DNA from: Podarcis liolepis | Taxonomy: Eukaryota | Assembly: GCA_965112155.1 (NCBI GenBank) | Contig: OZ218101.1 | DNA length: 64,000 nt | Strand: one strand, 5' to 3' | In this document: one piece after another, positions 11,401 to 24,800 of the stretch | Numbering within the stretch: the first letter of the stretch is position 1 | Layout of the letters: each line of letters begins with the position of its first letter | Position numbers and translations under genes: made by a program | The notes under the pieces: generated by a model | Databases searched by the model: none | What the model saw: only the letters and a program-made list of their open reading frames with translations | Told to the model about the DNA's origin: nothing

Positions 11401-14400
11401 CTACCCTTGTATGCCTCACTTATCTCCATGTCTGACCAGGCTGCTGGTTTATGGGCATGCAATAAGAGGGGCACAGCTTTCTGTAGAAAGGCGTGGTACA
11501 ATTTATTGAAATGATAAATGCATTTTGGCAAGAGAACAGATGCCTGGGGAGATAAGCATATTTAAGAGAGTGATCTGTTGAAGCCTAGCATCTCTTAAGA
11601 GGCACAATCAACTCTTTTTAAGAGATGATTTCCAGTAAGAAAATTTAGGATTACTAAACTATATTCAAGGCATGCAAAATACTACAAATTTTAGAACAAG
11701 GCTGAAATCTGGCTTACTGGAACAGGAACCGTTGTAGGAACTGGAACATTTTGACTACACATGTGCATAGGAACAGGTACATACACAGGAACTGGAACAG
11801 GTACAGGGATGTATTCTTTTTCCCAGCCATCATCTGAAACAAAAGACAATACGCTGTTATAGACTACCACAAGAAGGGTAGCATACAATCATGAGATTAT
11901 AATTGTATTCCTCACAAACAATGTTGCAAAAGAAGGCGATTGGACAGCCGGTGCTTTGACTCAACAGTTTACCTGTCTGACAAGATTTCGTTTGCATGTG
12001 AGGTTTACAGTATGTTGCTTTAGTCATTGTCAGAGGTTTGCAAAGAACTGCTTTGTTCTTCATTTCTTTATTTGGTGTTGGGGAAGGAGGTGGTGCCGAT
12101 CCCTGTGAATAAGGACATCAGTCAATATTAGCACCCCCAAAACAAAAGAAAGACCCCTAACAAGGGCAGGGCAATAGCCCACTCAGCTGACACTGAAGTT
12201 TCTTTAATACAGGATAAAGCTATAAATGGCTGCTTCTGAGAGCTCAAAATGGATTTTCTATAGTGATGTAAGAGACATAACAAGTTTAGTGGGAGGTACC
12301 ACAAAGTCCACGCCCTGAAGGTTCTTTCTTTTTAGAATAAAGCCTGCATTCTAGTGGACGTGGAGGAGATTATTCAAGGGTTCTAGACAACTGGCAACAA
12401 GTAGGGAGGACACCCTAAACTCTTTTACATCAGTAACTCTCTAAAATCAATCTGTGGTATCCAGCACAAGGGCCTGAGGAGTTCCACTCATGCAGTGAGA
12501 CTACTCTTTCCTCCCTTCTTCCCAAGCACCCCCCAAAACTGCTCAAAGGTCCTCTCCTCCAATCTTCTGGAGCAGATTTTGAGGGTGCCTGAGGGGCTTC
12601 AGGGGAGAGGAAAGGGAAGTTCCGTTCTGCAAGCAGAACAACATTGTTGGATACAACCAAGAACACATTAAATTGCTGCTGAGTTTGCAGGATCATCACA
12701 AGTTTCCTATATAATCATTAACCCCCAGCAGCTTGGCCCACCCACTTCTCAGAAGTGTCATGCCATAGAAGTTGTGCTACAGAAAACAGACTTCAATTCT
12801 CTGAACTGGCAGATAGCCAATATAAGCCTATCAGGAGTTTTATTGTGAGCCAAAATACCAAAACAAATCCCCACCTATATTTTGTGGAATACAAGTACAA
12901 TGAACCCAGCTATACAAGCTGCAATTTACTTACTGTGGTTTTTGTTCGGGGGGTTTGACAGCCCTGATCTAGGAATGAGAAAATAGAAAATTAATATAGT
13001 GCCATTTTTCTAATGCAGTTGTTATAAAAGGTAATACCAATGTTTTCAACCTCGTTGCACTACTACAGTAATAATGTATACCAGCCATGATGAACATTGT
13101 TCTGCCTTTATGGTTGGAGGCAATGTGTGTCTGAATGCCAGCTGCTGGACTCACACGCAGGAAAGAGCTGTTGCACTGAGGCTTCCCATGGTAAGCCACA
13201 ATAAGAACAGGATGCTGGACAAGATGGCCCACTGGACTGATCCAGCAGGCTTTTCTTATGCCCTGAACATTGTTCAGCTAATTAACCGATTATCAAGCAG
13301 CAGGGGATCCTCCTAAGAATGGGGAAACTGTGAGTCTGCTTTCATTTTTTTGAAAGACTGTCCATTTTTGTCCACTGATCATGCAGGCTGACATGCTGAG
13401 CTCTAGGGTGATCCCTGCTCATCTGTGTGCACGAAGTTATTGTATAGACGGCTCCAGTGCTTTATCTTAAAAGAGCTCTTTTGGAAGCTCATATTGCTAG
13501 ACTTTCCTGAAAGTACATCATCTCTTTTTTATTCTGTGTTGTTAGTTACGGGAAGTCTCATACCATACTGTAAGTTTTCTGGTCCTTTCTGTGTTGCCAT
13601 ATCAGGTTCATTTTGTTGACAGTAGAAACGTAGAAGACAGTGCTGATCGCAGAAATGTTTCATCTCTCCTCTCCACTGGACTTTCTCCCTAAGAGTTCCT
13701 TGAGTTTTGCAACAGTCACACCTTGCGGCCTTAAAAACAATTTCAATGTTGTTAACTAGAGAAAGAATTACTACCATACATGTGATATAAATACTATTCT
13801 AAAAGGTGTTTAGACTGGGCAGCTGAAAAGGGAAAATAAGTAACAGTAATACCTTTGAAATATTTTTAAGCAGCACAGTTCTACTGTGAAATTCCTTCCC
13901 AGGGAGGCTTACCTGGAGCCTTCATTACATATCTTTAGGAACCAGGCAAAAACATTCCTCTTCTCCCAGGCTATAGGCTAATTAAACAATTGATGGCTTT
14001 TTAAACTGTGTGTGTGTATGGAGGGGGGAGGGAAGCTATTGTTATTAAGGTGTGTATTTTTGTGTTTTTATATTGTAAATGACCCTGTGATCTTTGGATG
14101 AAGGGTGATATAGAAATTATTATTATTATTATTATTATTATTCTACAATAAAAAGGACAAGGCAAAAGCAAAGTGGCTGGGAACATTTCTCCAGGAGCCT
14201 GCGTGTTGGCATATCTTTAGGAAGCCGTAGTTTGGCTTTCTGTATCATGCAAATCAAGTTATAGCATGTTATATGGCTGCACTTCTTTATTTATATGCAG
14301 CATTTGGATCAACAATATTTTGGATAGTTTATCTCTCAATCTTCATTTCTTTTCAAGTTTTTGAATACTTATGGAATACTGCATTACCTTATAGTACCAG

Positions 14401-17400
14401 TCTTGAAATTTTCTACAACACTCTTCACTGCAGAAATCTCTTACTACTCCATCAAGTTCCTTAGTTGCTCCTTTTTTACAGAGCTGAGAGCAATAATTGC
14501 AAGTGACGCATCGTAATCCTAACCGCCTTGCAAAATCTTGTTTGTACAGCAGCTTGCAACCTGGAAAAAGAAAAATGACACAGACGGTTGATGAAACCTA
14601 TATGATATGGGCCTCTGCCGTGGGTGTCCATGTGCACTGTATTTAAACCTATCTTTAGTTGTTGCTTGGATTATTTTTAAATCTATTTTTCATTATTCTC
14701 TTTTTTTGTATGATTCTGTAGAGTTTGAGATGTGAAAGGGGATTGAAAAATGAATAATAATACAAGATAAAATATACTGATCAAATACTAATAAACACTG
14801 AAAAGCTTTTGCTCAATAAGACTTTTTTTACATTAAACGTATCTAAACATATCTATATAAGATTCTCTTCCAGCAGAATACTTCCTTATGAAACAAAATT
14901 TAGCCATGCCCCTGGCTGAAGTGGATTTGTATAAACAGGGGTTTTATCACAGGAAAAAAATTGCCTGGCTCATTATTTCATATTCTAGATGTCCATCTAC
15001 TTTCAACTGAGGTTGAAGTATATAACTTTTTATTTTATTTTTCTGCGGTTCACTGCTCCATCTAGTGGAGATGTTGTGAACAAATCCACACATTAGAATT
15101 GCGTCCCTGGTTTTATTTTGCATAGGTTATAGGTTTAAATAAAGGTGCTTCCCAGCAATATATGACAATCCAATAGCATAGAGATTCAAGGGCTTTAGAC
15201 TGTTTTATATACCATCTCAGCAAAATTCCCAAATAGTGGTTGGTCTGAATGGTCCAAAAAGGAGAACAGACTATGAAACCTCAAAATCCACTTACTTTTT
15301 AAAGGCCACCTTGATCTTGCTGTCGCCCCCCCCCCCAAAAAAAACACAACAACAGAGAAAGGCCAGCTTTTTTGCACTGTGTGGCAAAAGATGCACAAAC
15401 CCCCAGGGCCATCCCAAGATATTTGCTGCCTGAGGCTAAAGTTAGAATGGTGCTCCTACCATACCATGTACAGAAGCTGACTGGACTAGCAATTAATCCT
15501 ATTGAGGTGAAGGACAGTTCATGTAGCATAAACAGTTCTGTCCTCCAACAGCAGGCTACAACCAAGAGACCAGAAGGAATATCCTGCCACTGTCCTCTAA
15601 ACATTTGCCACCTGAGTTGGCCATCTCACTCTGCCTAATGGCAAGCCCTGTCTTGTCCTCTGTTCTTTTCCTAATTTCCCAGATAATGCTAGCAGGTGGG
15701 GAACGAATGTGGAAAAACATAGGCTCAGGTTTCCTGTATCAGAAGCTATTTCTACAGTAGAGAGAGAGAGTGTGTGTGTGGACATGCAGTGGACAAGAGT
15801 TAAGGCATTTTTGTAGCATGTGATGCAATTTGCTGGTCTATATTAGATTTTGCAATGTACCAAACGTGCAAAATCTAAACAAAAAAAAATATTCAATTGA
15901 TTCAAGCAGTAGTACACTGGGAGTGGACTCTAACACTGCACAAATGGACTCATGCTCACACAAGGAGCCCCCCCTTCTCTTGTCCTCCTTGCAACGCCCC
16001 CAAATCTGTCCCTAAGCACCCTCCACAGCGTTATTTTGAGGGCAAACAAAAGGCTGTAGGGGGAAGGACAAGAAGGCGAAACCTTGGAAGTCCATTTGGC
16101 TTCCATGCGGACAGCATTGGATATTGGATGTTGATATTACTCAGCCATTAGTCTGTCTATCAGATGACAAAAACTACCTCAGATCAAATAAATGGCAGGC
16201 TACGGTCTACTGGCTCCTTCAGTTAGGCCCCAGACACCTCCAAAACTGGTTCACGTGTTTTTGTAATGTTGAAATACTTAAATACTACGTTTACAAATGA
16301 CAATATTGGTAGCAATATGCACCAGAGAGACACAACACACCTTCACTACAGAATGGTCTCTTGATACCAGAAAATTTCACCGTTTCATGCAGAGTCTTCT
16401 CCTCTTGACAGTATTCACAGTATGTTACTATACAATGTAGTTTCTTATAATCATCAGAACAAATTTTACTGCAGAACTGATACACTTTGTTCTAATGGAA
16501 AAAATACCACAGAAGATAAATGGGTAAGTTAGAAGACTTCAAACAAAAAAAGCAAAAAGTTACATTAGCTTAAGACATTTTATCCAAAAAATAAATAAAT
16601 CCTTATTCACAAGAAACTCTACCCTTCAGGAAAAAGGCTATGTGTTTGTTTTTTAAAGCAAAGGAGAATCCGCTTGACTATTAGTTCTTTAAAATGTCAA
16701 ATCATCCAACAATATCAACAATATGACATATTAAGGCTTTTATATTTTGACTAATAAAAGTAAGAACTGTGGTTTTTTTAACCAAGGATTGGGCAATGTT
16801 GCTTGGTGGGGCACAGTTGCCAGATCAGCAAAAGCCATTCTATAGGAATACAGAAGGCAGAGCTGTTTCTATGTATTTTCAAATTAATGTTCTGCAGCTA
16901 ACTTGCAAAGCAGACTTTGCACACCCACAAGTTCCAGCTGCAGTAAGCGCTCCGGCTGGTTGGAAGAACTAGGGTGTCTTTGTCCATTCCACCCCATTTC
17001 CTAGGAGCAGGATAAATAGTTCTCCACACTCCTCTCAGAATACCACAAAGTATTTTATGTACAGCCATGCATGCACAAACAACATTTTTCATGGGAGGAA
17101 AACCAAAGGCTGCAATGTGAGCAGGGCATTGTTTCCTACATTGGGTTTTTCTCCCATACATCTAATAATTTAGAATACATGGGTGATTTACAACTTGTAA
17201 GAAACAGACACAGTCATACCTCAGGATAAATACACTTCAAGGTAAGTATTTTAGGGTTGCGCTCCACGGCGACCCGGAAGTAATGGAGCACGTTACTTCT
17301 GGGTTTCGCCGCTCACGCATGCACAGATGGTGAAAATGATGTCACGCACATGCGTGGAAGCGGCGAAACGTGACCCGCACAGACGCATCTTACGTTCTAT

Positions 17401-18779
17401 TCAGGATGCGAATGGGGCTCCGGAACGGATCCCGTTCGCATCACGAGGTACCACTGTACTAGAAAACAAGACACCGTGTTTAATCATACTGGTGCCTGAG
17501 AGAAAGAACTGGCAGTAACTGGAACTGAACCATAGATATCTGGAATGTGTTGGTGATCAAGAATGTATTTCCTTTTCTTCTGTCCTAACAGTTTCCCCAT
17601 GAACAACTCTCACATAATTTGAACAATAAAATAAAATTGGGGTGGAAGGTCTGGAGCTGAAATGTCTGCAATGCTAGGTCTGCCTTCTTAGGGAGGGTTT
17701 TTCATAGCTGAGGCACCGCTATAGAAAATGCCCTTTCCTTGGTAGGTATCATTGTGTATCTCTACTAATGAGTGAATTTTGAATAAGGTCTAGAAGACCT
17801 TAAAGCATGAATAGGCTGGTAACATTCAACTAGCATTAAAGAAATATTAAACAGCGGCTTGGTTGGGCTATAAAGATTTTAAATACATCAATAAAATATC
17901 AACAACATTTAATGTTCAATACAAGAGCTACATATCCCATTTTGATATAATTTACTTACTTCCCATTCCAGTACTTCAGGCTTTGAGCAGAAAGTATTTT
18001 TGCAATAATTGCATTTCAACTGAATATCACTCGGAGCCACAAACTGGCCATTGGTTGAAGACTGTACACTAAGAGTCTGAAAAATATTTTTAAAATATAC
18101 AGATCAAATTCCTCCACTGTTAAGACACAGTAAAAAAAGTGAGAATCATAGCATTGTAGAGCTGGAAGTGCATTACTGCATTTGTTAAAAAGAATTAGCG
18201 AGAATATGTGCTATTATGAAGAGGGTTTTCCTTGAAACGGCTTCTGCTAAATTTCACATCCTCTATATAGGATCATTCACAAAGTTTCTGAGGCTCACTT
18301 TTACTGTTTATACAGTCATCAATGGACATGACAACTCAGAGCTACATAGAGAAGCAGGTGTCAAAAGAGCCTCCAAAACAACAACAGCAAAAAGGGGCAA
18401 GAGGGATGGAGGAAACAATGATAAATATGGACACTGGGTGCTCTTTGGCTTCAGTCCAGCTGGGGAAGGTTAAACCAAAGGCTTTGCAAAGAAGGGAGAG
18501 AAAGGCGTAAGGGGAAGCACAGGCGAATGAGTGAAGCTGTGCAAGAGAGAACTTTAGGCAGCAGGTGGTGATAGACGAACAACATTCTCTAGTAGAAATA
18601 TATCAGGAGATAACAGTAGACAGATGAGGAGGGGCAGGCCCATGGAAAAAGGTGGAGAAAGAGCATGTGACGTCTCATGATCTAACTCCCTCTCATTATG
18701 TCACTGTATTCTCAACCGTTCACTGTGCTCAGCCTACAGAACCCGTTTGGCTACACTGCCACACGAACACAGAGATACA

Positions 18780-18816
<37 letters not shown>

Positions 18817-21800
18817 CTTTATGACAAGATTCCAATGAAATACTAGTCAGGTCTATGCACTTAATTATTACAATTATTTACATCCTGTCTTTTAGGACAC
18901 AAATCCTTCCAAGCAAATTTACAAGAAACAAAGAAAGATTACTAAAAGCCACATTAACAATATTAAAATATAACACTTCCTGGAGACCCTTCACACGGGG
19001 CACTTGGTGGCAGAAGGCCCTCTGGGTTGGGGGCAACTGGAGTGGTCCTGATGAATCCTTTGCCTAGCTAACCTCTTTCACCTATAATGCTTTCCAAAGA
19101 GCACATGGCCTTGAAGTAGAGGAGAAAATTCAGCTGGTGCAGAAACAGATATGAAACCTGTGGTTGAGCTAACCACAGTTAGGCCTGCCAAAGGGCCTAT
19201 TTTGACCTATCAGCACAACGTCCAACAAAGAGGAGAGGAGGACCAGGAAGAGAACAGTTCACAAAAAGGGAAGGCAAGCTAATGAAAAACACAGAGTTGA
19301 TTTAGAACCCTAAAGGAGCCCAACTGTCTTCAACCACAGGCAGGGAGAGTTAGCTGGAGGACAAGATGACTCCTGCCCCTGGAGAGGTAGCAAAAGGCTT
19401 TTCCGGACCCTGCCTGGTCTGTAGTCAAGCTCCATCTCACATCCCTTCAAAAGCCGACAAAACAAAGGGATAGAGAGGTTGAGCAGAACCACCCACAAGT
19501 ACAGGTAGAAGCAACAGGGAGAAACCCTTTCCACAGTAAGCATCTAGAAAAGTCAAATCTTCCAGAAAAGGCTACCCCAAGGTCTTCAGACCATCCCAAT
19601 TGATAAGAGCAAATAAAGACTGTATTTGATGGGTGGTGGTGATAGTGAACAGTAGAATCAAGCAGACAGTACTCCATTAGCAAAGCACACAATGTATGCC
19701 ATTTGTCTCTGCAGCCTGTGTATTCCTTTGACTCAGTCTCCAGCTCCAACTCCCAATTAATTTGCATTTAGCACATCTTTTAAAAATCCAAACAGAGTAT
19801 CACTAAAGCTCAGTTCTCTCCAGAAGTAGTTCTGTTTGTGTTTTAACTTTCAGGTGCCACTCAAAACCTACTATTTTAATTTTATATCAACTTGGACTGT
19901 GGCGAGGGAATAGTGCGGGGTCGGGTGGGGTGGGTGATATCAATGGCAGAATAGGATGTGTATTTAACTGAAAAGCAACAGGAGGCTTGAATGTTTGAGC
20001 CAAACTGTAAGCCACATGGATAGGACCTTTGGGACCACAGAAGCTCTGAAGCCTTTCAGATATCACCTACACATATATACAGGTAGCTTTAGAATGCAGA
20101 GAGGTGTTAATAAAGCTGAAAAGTGGTGTGTAGCTACATAGGTTAACACAACATTTCCACTGGGAGAATGTGGGGTACACGAAGTCATTGGAAAGATAGG
20201 CTTCTTGGGATACACGTCTGATTTGTCTGCAAGCCTAGTTTTATTTGTACTCATGCGATTCTGACATATCTTCTAATCTTACAGATATGGTAAATTCAAC
20301 ATGGTGCACATACCTGCAACACCCAGTTATCCCAAACTGTGGAACAATGGAGTCAACAGGAAGCAAGCATGTCAGAACACCACAAAATGCAATCGGGTTC
20401 CATAGTTTGCATCAGTGGCGGCCAAACTTGGCCCTCCAGCTGTTTTGGGACTATAATTCCCATCAACCCTGACCACTGGTCTTGTTAGCTAGGGATGATG
20501 GGAGTTGTAGTCCAAAAACAGCTGGAGGGCCAAGTTTGGCCATCACTGGTTTACACTATATGGGAATCATTTATATGCACTCAATAGTTTTAATTCAGTG
20601 TACGGAGAATTAAAACCAATGCCAAAATGGCCCATTTTGTTTTTTGCATAACTAGCTATATTAAGTGAATGCTGTATGTGTAGTTCTCATACTTGTGTGT
20701 AGCAGATCTGGCTTAAGTTACTTGCTTTGGAGGTAAAACATGAGAAAACTAATTGTTAGCTACTACTTATGTGAAATAATGTTGGCTAACTTGGAAAATA
20801 TACAGTGGTACCTTGGTTTACAACCATAATCCATTCCGGAGGTCCGTTTGTAAACCAAAACAGGTTGTAACCCAAGGCGTGCTTTCGCCAATGGGGCCTC
20901 CAAAAAAAAATTGTTCATAATTCCCTCCCCCCCATGGGTTGCAATCCAAAAAAAGGTTGCAAACCAGGACATGCACTTCCGGGTTTGACGTGTTTGTAAT
21001 TCAAAACATATGCAAACCAAGACGTATGCAAACTAAGGTACCACTGTATCTGACCTGTAAATTTTCCATTCATCCAGTGAAAATGAGGGCAGTCCAGATC
21101 GCCAGATTGCCTTCCCTTTCCATTGGATAAGAAGCAGTATTACTAGCCAGCTACATCATATGAGAGCTGTCCAATTCTTCCTTCTTTGTATACGTAATAA
21201 GGTCCCCCCATGAAATGAACTGTGTTAGGACAACAACGCAAGCAGCAAAAGAGGTTGAGTAGACTAACCCACATACACAGTTAGGATCAAATGTGGGGAG
21301 GGGGAATTAATCCACCTAGAGCCCTTAGAGGTAGACTGAAATGTAGGCTAGAATTGTTAAAAAAAATAAAAAGTAGTAAGTAAAGCACAGCTAAAAGGTG
21401 AGTCTAGTAGGTACAGATAGCATGCAAGAAGGCCAAGACCACAAGCTGGTTTGTTTCTTTTTACTGTTTTGCTCAGTTTTCAGATAAAAGATGCATCTGG
21501 TTTACATGAAAAAGGAAGCAGCCAAGGCTACAGGTACAGATAGAGACATAGGTCAAACATATTCTAGCCATTTTGAAATGAACTATCAGTGTGTACGTAG
21601 ATACCGATACAGATTTGCAAATTGAGGCTTCAGCCTTGGTGACTCAGAAAAGCAAAAGTTTGCCAGATTCTAAGTATTGCAAGCAAAGGTACCGTATTTT
21701 TCGCTCTATAACACGCACCCAACCATAACACGCACGTAGTTTTTAGAGGAGGAAAATCCGTAGGCATGCCACCCGTAGGCATTCCCTCCATAACACGCAC

Positions 21801-24800
21801 AGACATTTCCCCTTACTTTTTAGGAGGAAAAAAGTGAGTGTTATGGTGCAAAAAATACAGTATATTCCACTTGATGGAACTTCTTTCTGGAATATTCTAA
21901 GAACTTTCCAGGGCACACGACCAGTTTATATGTTAATAGGCCAATGTCAAATCTGGAGATGAAATCAGGTGGCTCCTTACACATTTTATTATTAACTTGG
22001 ACAAAGTTTTAAAAAACCAGTGAAGTTATCAAGTTTGTAAGAAATGGATACAATCTAGACAAAGCTAAGCTGTATTAAGATGGAGTCACTCTCCTGCTAA
22101 AGATGCCTAAATCTTTCCCACCAAAATCAACAGGGCCTTTTCCTTTTCTGAACTTGTTTTATTAAATTTCAAGTATAAAAAACATACAAATAAACCCCTA
22201 CAGATAAATACAGCATATCATGTCTGAACAAACTCAATTCTCCAATAAAAATGCCCCTCAAATAAAGCACCTTTCCGCAGATCGTCACGAGAGGCTGGTA
22301 CTCTTTACCCATGTACTTTTGTCATACCGTATCTAATAAAACTGAATCAAACAGGAAAAAACTTGTCAGACTTCTTGTTATGTCTTATCACTGAAGTTTG
22401 TTGGTTAACTTTTCCATCTGAAGGCCTCATAATTATTGAAACCAATTTCCATTACGCTTGTGTTTAGCTATCTCCAAATTTTAGTTATAGTTAATCTTAC
22501 TGCTGCTATCAGGTGAGTAATCAGTTTAGCGTTATGAAACATTTTTATCCAAAAATTGCTAGAACTCTGGGCAGGATGCCAAAATATAGAACAGGGAACC
22601 TAATCACCGATAATTTGATAGTTGACTGCATTTGTTTTGGCAATCCTACTTAACAGAAGTGGGTGCATATACCAGCAGTGCAGAAGTTTTTAACACATTT
22701 TTAAGTGCTCAAGCAAATGACGAGAAACCGAGCTTTACCCCGCATGTGTTCCCAATGAGTACTGCCTATTATTGCACCCAGGACACAACCCCAAAGGGCC
22801 TTTAAGGAAGTTAGAGGTTTCTTTGAGGTCTGGACCAAAATATTCAACATTTTTGACAGAAGGCCTTTATCCAAATGATCTGTGGTATAAATCAACTTTT
22901 CAAATCGTGTCATAGGTCAGAAACATGTAGAACCTGATGGATGTTAATCCAATTATATGGAATCTCAGACAGTTTTAGTTGTGGGAAGAAAACAGCTGAG
23001 TTCTGCCCATTTATTTAATTGCTTGCTAAGCTTTTCACTTGCCATTGTATTTAAAGTAATGAATAAAAATTTCCACTCCCAGTGAACAAACCCTTTGGTG
23101 GCATCCAGGGCTAAAATGGCTATAGGCAATGGATGATTTTGTCCAAAATTAATTGCATTCAACATTAGGTAACTGAGCGTTGTCAGGTGAATTCTTTAAT
23201 AATGATGAATACAGTTCGATATGATCACAGCCCCATCTCTTTACCAGGATGTTTAGTACAGGCACTTATTTAAAGGGCGGGGTGATGTGGTTCAATGGAT
23301 TTAAAATCCTTCAAAAGTTTAGGAATCATAACAACTTTCAAAGTATCTCGTATTTGCCTGCTGCTTTATTTGTTTAAAAATGTTAACAATAAAGAAGCCA
23401 ATTGGTCTTGGAAGGTTTTAGAGGGGACAACAGTTTAGCCATCTGGTGGTTTAAATACATTTGGTTTTCTTAATGCCCACTTGAGGTTCTTCAATAGAGA
23501 GGAGTTGGCTTAACATTTTTCTATGATTAACTGTGGAAGAGATATTTTATCTATAATTTAAATTAATTAATGCTCCTCTGGCCATTGCCTTAAGAATTTA
23601 CTTTGGTGGCCTTTCAACAACTACTGACTTGTAGTAATCCTGAATCCATTTCCAGTGGATTATTTTCCCAGATCAAAGAAGTGAACAAAGGAATATGATC
23701 AAAGTGTGCATCTTCCCAATATTGGAGGAGTAGACCCAAAAGGACCACATCTCTGAGATCAAGAGGCAGGCTATAAGAAAGTGTCCAATTAACTGGAAAA
23801 ACAAGTGTAATCATGTTAACTGGAAAAACAAGTGTAATCATGTTTCTCTTGGTGGAAGTTGTGTGAATCATATAAAAGTGTATTTTCTTCAATAATTAAT
23901 ATAGCAGAGTTTCAGTAGAGGGTGATGTATTTTTCCCTTAAGTATTTTTTTACTTCTGTCAAAATATCCATTTAGTATGAAATGAAGATCGTCTCTGATG
24001 GCCATCCATTCCTGTTTAAAGGATTCTTGCTATGAAAAAGTGTCTTTTTCAAAGAGTATTTGCTGTTTATCGGGGCAATACACTGAACCTGTAGTTAACC
24101 ACTTCCCACAATTGTTGGCATGTACCCATTAGTCCCATACAAGTAACAACCCACCACCCACAACTTCCCCTTGCCCTGAAACGCAGTGAGCTCCAAATGC
24201 AGTGGGAATCAAAGGGGAAGGGGGAAATCCCCACTCCACAGATCTAACAGTAAAGAAGTTAGCGCTGAAGTTTTATGCTGAAGTTAAAATGAATCTTTAT
24301 GCAATGTCAACAGAACGGTCACATAAAGTCCCAAGCTGAGCAGGATCCATCTGGAATAAGTTCTGGCCATTTCTTCTTTGGGGAAACCTTTCTGTCTCTT
24401 TGCCACTAGGTCAAAGCTCTCTTGATCTGGATCCCTGCTTTCTTCATTGGCTTCTTGTGTTCACTGCTCCAATTCAGGCTGCAATCCCAAATGCTGTAAA
24501 AGCTTTCTAGATTCCATTCTGGATTACTATTAACTTACAATGGTAACCCTAAATCTCTGCATTAAGTCATTTTTTACCAAGTATTTGGAAAAACGCACTA
24601 CAACATCCCTAGGGTTCTTGCCTTTTTTGTTTGTTTGTTTGGAACAAAGTGAACTGTGTAGGTTTTCTATATCCCCAGGTTAAAGATTCACCTCAGAAGC
24701 AGCTGACAGATCTGTGCTATAAAAGCTTCTTGCAAACTTTGCTCTCCAGGTTCCTCGTGGATTCCCCCTGGCCCTAATATTCAGGCAGCAATCTTGATCC

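Noticed and set aside
20413-20548. pre-miRNA-like hairpin
   Set aside because: It is a multicopy hAT MITE with TIRs and an 8-bp TSD.
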